64,000 nucleotides of DNA, from the NCBI GenBank assembly GCA_032128375.1, contig JAQBGU010000183.1:15087-79086 (forward strand). The letters are read 5' to 3'. A program made the position numbers and the translations under genes. Shown in pieces: positions 37,668 through 47,871 of this stretch. How positions within the stretch are numbered: position 1 is the stretch's first letter; every line of letters begins with the position of its first letter. Source of the DNA: Deltaproteobacteria bacterium (GTDB taxonomy: Bacteria; Myxococcota_A; UBA9160; SMWR01). The notes below the pieces were generated by a model that saw nothing but the letters and a program-made list of their open reading frames with translations, had not been told where the DNA came from and searched no databases.

Positions 37668-38900
37668 TCACTCGGACTCGAAGTCGTCTGCGTCCACGGC
37701 CGCTCGCAGTTCGTCGAGGAAGTTCGGCAGCGCGGAGGTCACTCGGTTCCAGTTGGGAATCTGTGGCTGGCCCATCGGGTCGCGCACGAAACTCAATCCC
37801 GCAGCGTTGAGTGCGCGAGAAAACGTCTCGACGGAAACCTCTTCTTCGTGGCGATCGAACCTCAACCCATTCAACGCGGCATCGTCGCTGTACGAAGCGA
37901 TTGCGTCCTGGGCCATGCGGGTATAGGCCGCGGTCAGGGTATTGAGAAAGCCGGCGTCGAACTCTACACCGTATGAGGCGAGATTGCGGATCAACGACGA
38001 GGCGATATCAAACACCATCCGGTGAAGGCCGGTCGTCACATCGTCTTCCGACAACTGGCGGTGCTTGTGGTCGTAGTTCTCGACGATCTCGACCTGACAC
38101 ACGCGCTTGAGCGAGCAGTTTCGGAACACCTCCGTAAGCATCCCGACCTCGAGCCCCCAGTCACTCGGAATCCGATTGATACGCGCGAGATCGGTCGTCA
38201 TCGAACACTCGCCCGCCAGCGGGTAGCGAAATGAATCCAGGTACTCGAGTAACGGATGCGAACCGAGCACGGCCTTGAGCGCCTTCAGTAATGGCCCCAC
38301 GAACAGCCGCGTCACGCGACCGTTGAGCCTGTCGGTCACCCGGGCGTAATAGCCCTTAGCGAACTCATAGTGAAGATTCGGATTGGCGGTTGGATAACAC
38401 AGCCGAGCCAGTAGTTCGCGGTCGTAATCCAGGATGTCGCAATCGTGAACCGCGATCACCCGCGACACATTGGACGCCAACACGTAGCCGTAAGCGAGCC
38501 AAGTCGCTCGGCCTTTGCCGTTGCTGCCCGGGTCCAGACCTTCGTCGCGCAACACGTCGAGCAGCGCTTCGACACGAGATCCGCTGTTCCACAGCAGCAC
38601 GGGCGGATCACCATTGGTCGTTTCCACGCCCTCGAACAGATGCCTCATCTCTTCGTAATCGGACCGCTCCTGGGTTCCGGACACGCTGACGACGATCTCT
38701 CGCAAGTACCGAACGCCGCGCAGTGCGTCGACAATGCCCTTCAACGCCGGACCGCGAATTTCCGAAAACAGACAGGGCAGCACCAGCGCGATCGGCCGCT
38801 GCCGGCCGTAGCGGAACAACTCCGCTTCGAGCTGCTCGATCCGCTTGTCACCGAGTCGGTGAAGTGTCGTGATTACGCCACTCTGATAGAAGTCCGCCAT
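37668..38900 (-). CDS. gpgS: Glucosyl-3-phosphoglycerate synthase-like glycosyltransferase
   Basis: MADFYQSGVITTLH, GKG, HDCDI, KGYYAR, GRVTRL, RYPLAGE, DWGLEVG, YDHKH. Sugar-donor specificity is inferred. Confidence 0.78.
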   Translation of the reverse strand: MADFYQSGVITTLHRLGDKRIEQLEAELFRYGRQRPIALVLPCLFSEIRGPALKGIVDALRGVRYLREIVVSVSGTQERSDYEEMRHLFEGVETTNGDPPVLLWNSGSRVEALLDVLRDEGLDPGSNGKGRATWLAYGYVLASNVSRVIAVHDCDILDYDRELLARLCYPTANPNLHYEFAKGYYARVTDRLNGRVTRLFVGPLLKALKAVLGSHPLLEYLDSFRYPLAGECSMTTDLARINRIPSDWGLEVGMLTEVFRNCSLKRVCQVEIVENYDHKHRQLSEDDVTTGLHRMVFDIASSLIRNLASYGVEFDAGFLNTLTAAYTRMAQDAIASYSDDAALNGLRFDRHEEEVSVETFSRALNAAGLSFVRDPMGQPQIPNWNRVTSALPNFLDELRAAVDADDFESE

Positions 38901-39009
38901 CGCGCGCACGACAGTCGCACCCGCGAGGAGGCACTGTCAAGCCGAATCAAACCATGTTGCTCAGTGCCAGAATGCGAAACGAAGCGGGTGTTTGGGGGCC
39001 TCGACGGGT

Positions 39010-39348
39010 TCAGCCGACTTCGATGCCCGCGACGTCTTCGAGCAATGCGACAGCCATGGGGTCGATTTCAACGAATGCGAGACCGACATCCGTGGTAATC
39101 GGGTCGATTTCGGTCGCCCAGGTGACGCGCCCCACAGCCACGACTGTGTGATCGCCCAGGTTGAACGTCACGCGCAGCAGGTCGTCGAGGTCGATCTCAC
39201 ATCCGATGGCTTCGAAGCGAATCCCGCCGGGAGACAAGTCTCGGCCGACGCCGAGAAGATCGCGCTCTTCGACCGGTGCAAACGAAATGACATGATCCGT
39301 CTGGATCCGCTGAAACTTGCGGCGCTCGTCAATTTGCGACTTTCCCAT
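39010..39348 (-). CDS. Single PilZ-domain protein
   Basis: RRKFQR (RxxxR) and DLSPGG (DxSxxG) c-di-GMP motifs are intact. Confidence 0.85.
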   Translation of the reverse strand: MGKSQIDERRKFQRIQTDHVISFAPVEERDLLGVGRDLSPGGIRFEAIGCEIDLDDLLRVTFNLGDHTVVAVGRVTWATEIDPITTDVGLAFVEIDPMAVALLEDVAGIEVG

Positions 39349-39440
39349 GCGCAGCCCCCAAGCCAGCAAGTGTCAACGTTTCCTTCCATCGGTTGGTGGG
39401 CCTGGGCACTTGAGCTGGGCGGGCGATGAAGATTCGCTGG

Positions 39441-40499
39441 CTAGCGGGGAAACAGATCGAGTTGCCGATCCAATTCTGAATGGAACCCCAGACGCCCGAG
39501 CGTGATCCCGACACCCCGAGACGGCCGCGAGCCCGCTTGCGTGCGCGCCAGCAGGCGAATTGCGACCGCGTGGATTTCGGCAGAGCTTCGGACCGGGGTG
39601 CTCAGCGTCTGGCTGCGGGAGGTTGTCGCTCTGTCCGCGAATCGGACTTTCACCGCGACCCGAGCCGCCGACAGGCCCTCTGCGCGCAGCTCTCCCTCCA
39701 GTCGAACCGACAAATCCAACAGATGCGCGATCAGCACATCGAAATCCAGCGATTCTCCCACACTCGCCTCGCGGCTGAGACTCTGTGCGTGGCGGATCAC
39801 CCGAACCGGCCGGTCGTCGATTCCAGACGCGAACGCGTAGATACGCAAGCCGTGCGGGCCCAAGGATTCCTGCAGTCGTTCGCGGCCAACGGCTCGAAGC
39901 TCTCCGATTCGGCGCGCACCGAGTTCGGCAAGCGCCGCGGCCGTCTTATCGCCAACCCCTTCGAGGCGCGTCACTGGAAGAGCGCTCAAAAATTCGATCT
40001 CCGCTTCCGGGGCCAGCTGCATCACCCCATCGACACCGACTTCTTCGGCCGCCAATCGAGCCAACAACTTGCCCGACGCGATACCGACCCTGAGCGGCAA
40101 TCGCAATTCTTCTGCGACCGCCGATCGAAGCTTCGCCGCGACCTCGGCTGGCGCCCGCCCTGCCAGCCCCGGCTCAAAATAGGCCCCGCCGAGACCGAAG
40201 GTTTCGAGTCCCTCGAGCCCGCGCCGCATACACGAAAACAACCGTCGCGACACCTCGCGGTAGCGGCGCATGTCGGTACGCGTCGCCCGGGCTTCTGGAC
40301 ACAGCCTCAGCGCGTCGACCACCTGCATGTCCAGCTGCACGCCGGCGGCCAACGCTTCGGGGCTCGCTCCTGCCACCAGGCCCCGCTTGCGAGGATCTCC
40401 GCCGACGATGACCGGCCGGCTCGCCACGGCTACGTCATCGCTGCGTTCGACACTCGCGTAGAAGCTCGCAACCTCCGCGAACAGCACGGTACGGCTCAC
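39441..40499 (-). CDS. DinB/Pol IV-like Y-family protein lacking catalytic residues
   Basis: SFYASVE, PVIVGG, LCP, KLLARLA, GVGDKT, little-finger region, C-terminal QLDLF. DMD becomes EVA and SLDE becomes GLGG. Confidence 0.85.
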   Translation of the reverse strand: MSRTVLFAEVASFYASVERSDDVAVASRPVIVGGDPRKRGLVAGASPEALAAGVQLDMQVVDALRLCPEARATRTDMRRYREVSRRLFSCMRRGLEGLETFGLGGAYFEPGLAGRAPAEVAAKLRSAVAEELRLPLRVGIASGKLLARLAAEEVGVDGVMQLAPEAEIEFLSALPVTRLEGVGDKTAAALAELGARRIGELRAVGRERLQESLGPHGLRIYAFASGIDDRPVRVIRHAQSLSREASVGESLDFDVLIAHLLDLSVRLEGELRAEGLSAARVAVKVRFADRATTSRSQTLSTPVRSSAEIHAVAIRLLARTQAGSRPSRGVGITLGRLGFHSELDRQLDLFPR

Positions 40500-43023
40500 G
40501 GGGCGGGCTGCAATGTCAGCCGGCGCGGGCCGAGTTCCCGGACCAAGACTTTGTCGCTGGTCATTAGCCCAGCGTGTCCACGCAACCAGTCCGACAGGTT
40601 GTCGCGATAGTGGGGATGCTGGGGATGCTCTGACTGGCCGGGCGCGATCGCCACCAGCGACTTGTCCAGCGAGCCGACGTCGACCACGATTCGAAACGTC
40701 GAGGCGACGCGCACGTCGAACGTGTCGGAATTTTGAAACTCTCCGGTGTTCACGCTGTCAGAACTCCCCCCGTAAGGAAGCTCGAACATCGCTTCCATTC
40801 GCTCGCCACGGCGGTCCGGCCCAAACGCGCGAAAGCTCAATCGGTGCAAGCGACCCCACCCCCATTTGTCGTGGTTGGCGCCGAGCCGGTAGGAGAGCTG
40901 AAGCCAGGTATCGCGGAGGCTCTGTCGCACCGCTTCGTGAATCTGCCTCGGAGCCACTTCCTCCAATGCCTGAAGCTCGCCCGCACTCGCCAGCCGCAGC
41001 AACTCGACCAGCACCGCATGGGTGTCTACCTGGCGAAGCGCGCGGTAGCGCCGCGTCAACTCATCGCCGATGCTGAGCCGCAGCAAACTGGCGGTCAGGT
41101 TTTCGACGAAGACGTGGTATGCGCTCGAACCGACACTCCCCGGAGTCGAACGTCCGTCCCAATCGCGCAGCAGCGAAACCACGTCTCGCGCCTGAATCGA
41201 CCATTCCTGCTCTGGACCGGCCAACGCCAGTGCGGAAGCGACCAGTTTCGGCGCACGCTGAGAAACCACATCTGCCTGCAGCGCCGCCATGCGACGCAGG
41301 TCGACCCCACCGCGCTTGGATTCGGCGCGCAGTAGCGCCTCGATGCGTTGGGTCCTGGCACCCGATCGCCACAACCAATCGATCTTGGCTCGTCCGCGCC
41401 ACCGGACAGGGGGTTATCGGCGGCGATCACCCAGTTGTGCCCTGATGAGTCCGGTAGCTGCTCGAAGGGCACCCTGCCCCCCCAGTCGTACCAACGCGCG
41501 CGACCCGGCAGCGGCACGAGATCGGTCGGCAGTGGACGTACCGGCAGCCAACCCGCGACCTGCAGTCCCCGGCTACCGCTGCCGTCGGCGTAAACCACTG
41601 CCAGCGGCGGCTCGTGATGCTCGGAAAGAGCGACGAGCAGCGCCTCTGCACTCTCGGCCCTGGCCACGCCGGTCATCGACACGACCGGGGATTTTACGTC
41701 CGGCAGAGCTCCGACCCAGGCCAACGCTAGCGGTTCATTTTCGTCCGCCAGCAGCGTGTGAATCAGTGGCCCATGGCGGGTGGTGCGCACCTCTAATGGC
41801 TCGGTGGTTCCACGCTGAATGGCCAGGCTCTCGCTTCGCACGACAACGGCGCGCCAGCGACTTCCGTCGTGGTATTGGCCAGGGTCCGCCTCTCCGAGCT
41901 TTTCTTCGAAGAGGTCGATCGTCGCCGCGTTCGCATGCGTCGACGCCCATGCGACGTGGCGGTTGTAGCCGGTCCAAAACACCGGAATGCCCGGAATCGC
42001 TGCACCGGTCGCTTCGAAATCACCGCCTCTAATCTGCGACACGTGTAGCAGCGAAGGCGCCGTAGGCTCCAAATGGGAGTCCGCAGCCAATATCGGATGG
42101 CCACTCTCGGTGCTGTGGCCGTCGAGCACCCAGGCGCTGCTACCGACGCCGCGTCCATCGAGTCCCATTCCACGAGCCAGTTGCGTGAGCCCCGAGGCCT
42201 GTCTCGAGCGTTGAACGGAAGTCTGGGCGCCGTTCTGCTGCCAGACACGGGTCCCACGACCCACGCGATTGTTCAGACCGTGAGGCACGGCGAGGTCGAG
42301 ACCCGCCGTGACCTCGCCCGCGGAGCGATCCGCCCCCGCGCCGCTCCCGTTGGGAAAGAACACTTTGGCCGCTCGACTTCCCAGACGTCCGTTGATATCG
42401 CGAAGCACCAGGCTCGCCGCGACGCTGTTGGCGAGGTTCCAGCTGTAGAGCTTGGCGAGCGCCAGTGAATCGGCCGGCTGCCACGGCTCGAGCGGATCCA
42501 GAGCCCTCATCGCAACCGGCGGTTCCGCCTGGCCGGCCCGAACCCGATCGATGTGTGCATTTACACCCGCCGCGTAGGCGACCAACAGATCGCGCGACGC
42601 CGGGTCCATGCGCTCGAATTGGGCGTCGGCGAGCCTGCCGAATGCGATCGTACGGGCCCAGCGATCGGCCTCCAGCGCGTCGCGTCCAACGATCTCGGCA
42701 CTCCGACCGCGGGCGCTCATCCGGAGCGTCAACATCTGCGCAAGCCGATCCTGGGCGTGGACGAACCCCCAACCAAAGAACGCATCCGCTGCGGAGTGCG
42801 CCTCGACGTGGGGAAACCCGCGCGCATCGCGGCTGATCTGAAGCTCGCCGGCCAGGCCTCGCACAGCGACGCGGCCCTCCTCGATCGGAAATGCCGCCCG
42901 TTGTGCCGTGTGTTCGCGAAAGGAATGAAACGCCGTCCAGGCGACACCCAGCGACATTGCGAGCCAAAAAATCGGCCAGCCCCCTACCCGAGCCCAGCGG
43001 GTCCGCCTCCCCGAGCGACTCAC
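40496..43023 (-). pseudogene. Penicillin acylase (Ntn-hydrolase S45) family gene split by one frameshift near 41385-41412
   Basis: N-terminal ORF: RDARGFPH, GFVHAQDRL, GSSAW. The C-terminal part continues in the -1 frame: IDWLWR, WGRLH, PGQSEHPQHPHYRD. May be a sequencing indel. Confidence 0.8.
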
Positions 43024-43418
43024 ACGCGATTCCGTTCGAACACCACCATCGCGATCGCGTGACTGCGGGTGCGGCTTACGGCGACGTGGTGCCGCGATAC
43101 GCCGAGTTCGTCCGCGATTTCGCCGGCGCGGCCGTGGAACTGAAGCGCAAGCCGCGTCCGGTTCGCACCGGCCATCTGTTCGATTGTCTCAATATCCACC
43201 CAACGCACGCCATTCGCCCAGCCGGTTCCAAGCGCCTTCATCACCGCCTCCTTAACGGCGAATCGAAGCGCAAAGTGAGGACTGGGACGGCGGAAACTTC
43301 GACAGGTAGCGATCTCATCCTCCGCGAACACGCGGCGCTCGAAGCGGTCACCCGTGCGCATCAAGGCGCGTTCAATGCGGGCGATCTCGATGACGTCGAC
43401 TCCACTCCCGACGATCAT
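43020..43418 (-). CDS. acpS: Holo-ACP synthase
   Basis: IVGSGVDVIEIARI, RFAVKEAVMKALGTG. Confidence 0.92.
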   Translation of the reverse strand: MIVGSGVDVIEIARIERALMRTGDRFERRVFAEDEIATCRSFRRPSPHFALRFAVKEAVMKALGTGWANGVRWVDIETIEQMAGANRTRLALQFHGRAGEIADELGVSRHHVAVSRTRSHAIAMVVFERNRV

Positions 43419-43713
43419 TTGCCCCCCAGGCAGATCCCACGCGCCACGGCATTGACGCGCATCGCCAGCCCGCCCACCCGCACACCGCCCATGCGCCGAG
43501 CCCCCACTTGCGCGAATCCCGTTCCGGAATCGCACTCACAGCCGGGACGCCGCTGCGTAGCTTAGCGGCAATGGGCGAGGAGTCTGCGCCATGGCGCGAT
43601 GCGACTTCATCGGCACTGACACCGAAAACTTCAGAAATCGCGGTGTTGGCGACGCGGGAGTTGCACGGTTACTCTGCCGGCCCGCGAGCTCGAGGCTCGA
43701 GGAGGAAGGACGA

Positions 43714-43929
43714 ATGAAGGAATGGAATATCGATTCAGAGATAGTTCGATCAGTATGCCGCGTGATAATGACCGGGATCGCGGCTTGGGCGCTGATCTCC
43801 TTCGAGATGACCGGAGATGGAAAATTCAGCATCAAGCGCAACCACGCGGCTGCTGAACCGGCAACATCGTCCTGCCAAGAAGCAGAATTTTCGGGAGACC
43901 ACGGCGCGGTGAGTAGCGGAGGCGGTTAG
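43714..43929 (+). CDS. Small hypothetical protein (71 aa) with one hydrophobic helix
   Basis: Strong GAGGAGG RBS; fills the gap upstream of gap. Confidence 0.5.
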   Translation: MKEWNIDSEIVRSVCRVIMTGIAAWALISFEMTGDGKFSIKRNHAAAEPATSSCQEAEFSGDHGAVSSGGG

Positions 43930-43965
43930 GCGTACCAGCACGGGGCCCATCAATCAGGAGAGAGC

Positions 43966-44961
43966 ATGGCGATTCGAGTCGGCATCAACGGTTTTGGTCG
44001 CATCGGGCGGCTGTTTTTCAGGGCTTCCCGCGGCAAGAACATCGAAGTCGTCGGGATCAACGATCTGACCGACGCAAAAACCCTGGCGCATCTGTTGAAG
44101 CACGACTCGATCCACGGTCGCTTTGCCGGAACCGTAGAAGCCGGTGAAAATGAGATCATCGTTGATGGCGTATCGATTCCGATCTGCTCCGAGCGGGACC
44201 CGGCCAACTTGCCGTGGAGCAAGCTCGGCGCGACCATTGTCATCGAATCCACGGGCCTCTTCGTCCACCGTGAGGGCGCCTCGAAGCACCTCGCCGCCGG
44301 CGCCGAGCGGGTCATCATCAGTGCGCCCGCGAAAGACCCCGATGTCACGATCGTACTCGGCGTCAACACTGACGCCTACGATCCAGCCAAACACAAGATC
44401 GTCTCGAACGCATCGTGCACAACCAATTGTCTGGGCCCCATCGCGAAGGTTCTGCACGACGAATACGGGATCGAGGGCGGCTGGATGACGACAATCCATG
44501 CTTACACCAACGATCAGGTCACACAGGACTCTCCGCACAGCGATTTGCGCCGAGCGCGTGCCGCGGCGGTGTCGATGATTCCCACCAGCACCGGTGCTGC
44601 GAAAGCCATCGGGTTGGTCATGCCCGAACTCGCGGGACGGCTGGATGGCTACGCGATGCGCGTTCCGACCTCGGACGTCTCGATCGTCGATCTCAGCGTC
44701 AAGCTGCGCAAATCGACCGACGCGGCATCGATCAATGCGGCGATGAAGGCCGCCGCAGATGGGCCGTTGAAGGGAATCCTCGAGTATTGCGACGAGCCGC
44801 TGGTATCGATCGACTTTCTCGGCAACCCGCACTCGTCCATCCTGGATGCGGACAACACACGCGTGATGGACGGAAACTTCGCAAAGGTGCTCTCTTGGTA
44901 CGACAATGAGATGGGCTACTCGTCGCGCGTGGTCGACCTGGCGCTCTTGATGGGCAGCTAG
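43966..44961 (+). CDS. gap: Glyceraldehyde-3-phosphate dehydrogenase type I
   Basis: GINGFGRIGR, SNASCTTNCL, WYDNE. Confidence 0.98.
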   Translation: MAIRVGINGFGRIGRLFFRASRGKNIEVVGINDLTDAKTLAHLLKHDSIHGRFAGTVEAGENEIIVDGVSIPICSERDPANLPWSKLGATIVIESTGLFVHREGASKHLAAGAERVIISAPAKDPDVTIVLGVNTDAYDPAKHKIVSNASCTTNCLGPIAKVLHDEYGIEGGWMTTIHAYTNDQVTQDSPHSDLRRARAAAVSMIPTSTGAAKAIGLVMPELAGRLDGYAMRVPTSDVSIVDLSVKLRKSTDAASINAAMKAAADGPLKGILEYCDEPLVSIDFLGNPHSSILDADNTRVMDGNFAKVLSWYDNEMGYSSRVVDLALLMGS

Positions 44962-45023
44962 TGTTGGCGCGACTCCCCACGCTCGCTGCCCAGCGAGCTT
45001 CCGGGACAGGACACTAGCGCCAC

Positions 45024-46220
45024 ATGGCCATTCGAGAGCTCAACCGCCTTCTCACGGAGGGCGTGCGCGGTGATCGCGTATTCGTTCGGGCCGACCTCAA
45101 CGTTCCGCTCGACGCTGGCGAGGTCGCGGACGACACGCGGCTGATCGCGTCGCTGCCAACATTGCATCGTCTACTCGAGGCGGGAGCCCGCGTGGTCGTC
45201 GCGTCGCATCTGGGGCGCCCGAAGGGCCGACGCGTACCCGAACTGTCACTTCGGCCAGTCGCTTCGCGGCTAGCCCGGTTACTCGGTACCGGCGTGTCCT
45301 TTTGCGAAGACTGCGTTGGCGATCTGGCGCGCGCCGCAATCGACGAACTCGGCGAAGGACAACTCCTGGTGTTGGAGAACCTGCGCTTTCACGAAGCGGA
45401 GGAGCAAAACGACCCGGACTTCGCCAAGGCGTTGGCACAACTGGTCGATGTCTACGTCAATGATGCATTCGGTACTGCCCACCGCGCGCACGCGTCGACG
45501 GTCGGGATGGTTGCTTGGGTTCCGCGCGTCGCCGCGGGAGAGTTATTGGCTAGCGAACTCGAACATCTGCGCGTCGTGTTGGAGCCCGTCCGCCCGCTGA
45601 TGGTCATTCTGGGCGGCGCCAAGGTCTCCGACAAGCTGGCCGTATTGGAGGCTCTTGCGCCGCACGCCGACATCCTCGCGATCGGCGGTGCGATGGCATA
45701 CACATTCATGGCCGCACACGGAACAGCCATCGGCAACTCACGGGTCGAACCCGACCGCTTCGACGACGCGCTGGCTGTCGAGCGCGCAGTACACGATGCA
45801 GGCCGCCAGTTGTTGCTGCCGACTGACCACATCGTGGCCCAGCGCCTGGAGGCCGGTGCGCCGTGGCGGGTGAGCAGACAGATCCCCGAAGGACACCTCG
45901 GAGTGGACATCGGCCCGGAAACTGCGCGGCGATACGCCGAAATGGCCGGGCGCGCCAACACGATCTTCTGGAACGGCCCGATGGGCGTATTTGAAATCGA
46001 CGCATTTGCGCAAGGAACCAGGACGCTGGCGACGGCAGTGGCAGCGGCGGATGCCGTCAGCGTGGTTGGAGGCGGCGACTCGCTCGCGGCCATCAACCGG
46101 CTGAAGCTTGGAAGCCAGATCAGTCATATGTCGACCGGCGGAGGCGCTTCGCTCGAGTACGTTCAAGGCCTCGCCCTGCCCGGTGTCAGCGTACTAGAAC
46201 AAGTCCCCTCGGAGCGATAA
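45024..46220 (+). CDS. pgk: Phosphoglycerate kinase
   Basis: RADLNVP, SHLGRP, LENLRF, NDAFGTAHR, STGGGASLE. Confidence 0.97.
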   Translation: MAIRELNRLLTEGVRGDRVFVRADLNVPLDAGEVADDTRLIASLPTLHRLLEAGARVVVASHLGRPKGRRVPELSLRPVASRLARLLGTGVSFCEDCVGDLARAAIDELGEGQLLVLENLRFHEAEEQNDPDFAKALAQLVDVYVNDAFGTAHRAHASTVGMVAWVPRVAAGELLASELEHLRVVLEPVRPLMVILGGAKVSDKLAVLEALAPHADILAIGGAMAYTFMAAHGTAIGNSRVEPDRFDDALAVERAVHDAGRQLLLPTDHIVAQRLEAGAPWRVSRQIPEGHLGVDIGPETARRYAEMAGRANTIFWNGPMGVFEIDAFAQGTRTLATAVAAADAVSVVGGGDSLAAINRLKLGSQISHMSTGGGASLEYVQGLALPGVSVLEQVPSER

Positions 46221-46222
46221 CC

Positions 46223-46984
46223 ATGCGTAGACCGATTCTCGCCGCCAACTGGAAGATGCAAACGACGACCGCCCAAGCGATCGCCTTTGCAGAAACCTTC
46301 ATCCCGCTCGTCGCCGATTCGGATGTGGATATCGTGATCGCCCCGCCGTTCACCGCGCTCGACCGATTGGGCAGCAGACTTGCAGGCACCGCGATCTCGC
46401 TGGCCGCACAGAACGTCAACCCCTGCGACAGGGGGGCGTTCACCGGAGAAATCGCGCCCGGCATGTTGGTCGATTTGGGCTGCGCGTATGCAATCGTCGG
46501 CCACAGTGAACGCCGCGCGCTGTACGCTGAAACCGATGCGCTGGTGAGCCAGAAAGCGGCGGCATTGTTGGCCAGCGACATCCGTCCGATCGTCTGCGTC
46601 GGCGAAACACTGGCGCAGCGCGATGCCGGAACGGCCCTGAACGTGGTCGCAGAGCAATTGGCTGGCAGCCTCAACGATGTCCCCAAAGAGCGCGCCGCTG
46701 ACATCGTCATCGCCTACGAGCCGGTCTGGGCTATCGGCACTGGCCGAACCGCCACGCCGCAGATCGCTCAGGAAGTTCACGCGTCGATCCGTTCCGTGTT
46801 GGGGCGGCTGTTTGGAGCGGTCGCAGCAGACATCCGAATCCAATACGGGGGGTCCGTGAAGCCCGAAACCGTGTACGATCTCATGAATCAGTCGGACATC
46901 GATGGAGCGTTGGTCGGGGGTGCGAGTCTCGACCCCGTGGCGTTTTCGCGCATCGTCCGCTTCGAGCGAGAAGGTTCCCAGTGA
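46223..46984 (+). CDS. tpiA: Triosephosphate isomerase
   Basis: ANWKM, GHSERR, AYEPVWAIGTG, YGGSV. Confidence 0.97.
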   Translation: MRRPILAANWKMQTTTAQAIAFAETFIPLVADSDVDIVIAPPFTALDRLGSRLAGTAISLAAQNVNPCDRGAFTGEIAPGMLVDLGCAYAIVGHSERRALYAETDALVSQKAAALLASDIRPIVCVGETLAQRDAGTALNVVAEQLAGSLNDVPKERAADIVIAYEPVWAIGTGRTATPQIAQEVHASIRSVLGRLFGAVAADIRIQYGGSVKPETVYDLMNQSDIDGALVGGASLDPVAFSRIVRFEREGSQ

Positions 46985-47430
46985 CTATTGCATTGACAGT
47001 TCTCCACATCCTCGCGTGCATCGTGCTGATTACCGTCGTACTGTTACAGCGCGGCAAGGGCGCCGAGATGGGCGCAGTATTCGGCGGCGGCGCGAGTTCC
47101 ACTGTGTTCGGCAGCCGCGGAGCTGGCAACTTCCTGACCAAGCTGACAACCGGCTGCGCAGTGGTCTTCATGCTGACGAGCCTCTCGCTGTCCTACATCG
47201 GCACCCAGAACGCGGGCGACCAACTGTTTGTAGACGGCGTGATCGAGGCGCAGCCGGACGAGAGCGAGGATTCTCCGTTCGAGCAACTGGGAACAGTCGA
47301 GCCCGAACAAGCGAGCGATCTGACCGATAGCCCGAATGATTCTCTCACCGATGCCGCGGCCGAGGCCGCCCCGTCCGGTGAAGCCGGCGGCCTTGATCCG
47401 ACTGCAGATCGGGGCAACGGGGCAGAGTAA
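46981..47430 (+). CDS. secG: Preprotein translocase subunit SecG with an acidic tail
   Basis: VLLQRGKGAEMGAVFGGG; follows tpiA. Confidence 0.93.
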   Translation: MTIALTVLHILACIVLITVVLLQRGKGAEMGAVFGGGASSTVFGSRGAGNFLTKLTTGCAVVFMLTSLSLSYIGTQNAGDQLFVDGVIEAQPDESEDSPFEQLGTVEPEQASDLTDSPNDSLTDAAAEAAPSGEAGGLDPTADRGNGAE

Positions 47431-47486
47431 ACAGCAACGGATTGTCACGGGTCCAGCGTTCGGTATTCTGGGCCCGCTGCTAGCGT

Positions 47487-47574
47487 GCGGCAGTGGCGGA
47501 ATCTGGTAGACGCACCAGCTTGAGGGGCTGGCGGGGGCAACCTCGTGGAGGTTCGAATCCTCTCTGCCGCACCA
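47487..47574 (+). tRNA. tRNA-Leu(GAG)
   Basis: GCGGCAG/CTGCCGC stem, ccagc-ttGAGgg-gctgg, variable arm, GTTCGAATC, CCA; the usual position after secG. Confidence 0.97.
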
Positions 47575-47589
47575 TTTTCCGGGCCCGCG

Positions 47590-47629
47590 TCGTCCACTGG
47601 ACACAAGGCTCGTGACGTCCAGTGGACGA
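47590..47629. terminator. 13-bp perfect inverted repeat downstream of tRNA-Leu(GAG)
   Basis: tcgtccactggac ... gtccagtggacga; no U-tract on the + strand. Confidence 0.5.
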
Positions 47630-47871
47630 AACCCGTGGACCTCGATTGGAGCGTAGGTTCCGCCCAATGCGTTCGCCCAGATGCCGTCGCCAACCGCTCT
47701 GAGAAAAAGACTCTCAGGGTTCGGATGGTTGGCCGCATGATCGGGTGGATTCAGAGAATCCGTCGTTGTGTCCGCGAAGCGATGGTCGGCGCGAGATTCG
47801 GCCCTTTCGAGTCGCTGCGTTAGCCTGGTCGGGTTGCTGGGCTCGGCGCTCGCAGACGATGGAGTTGTAGG

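Noticed and set aside
34869..47574. Segment between the two tRNA-Leu genes as an integrated island
   Set aside because: It contains core genes (lon, acpS, gap, pgk, tpiA, secG), has no integrase, and the two tRNAs are distinct isoacceptors rather than att duplicates.
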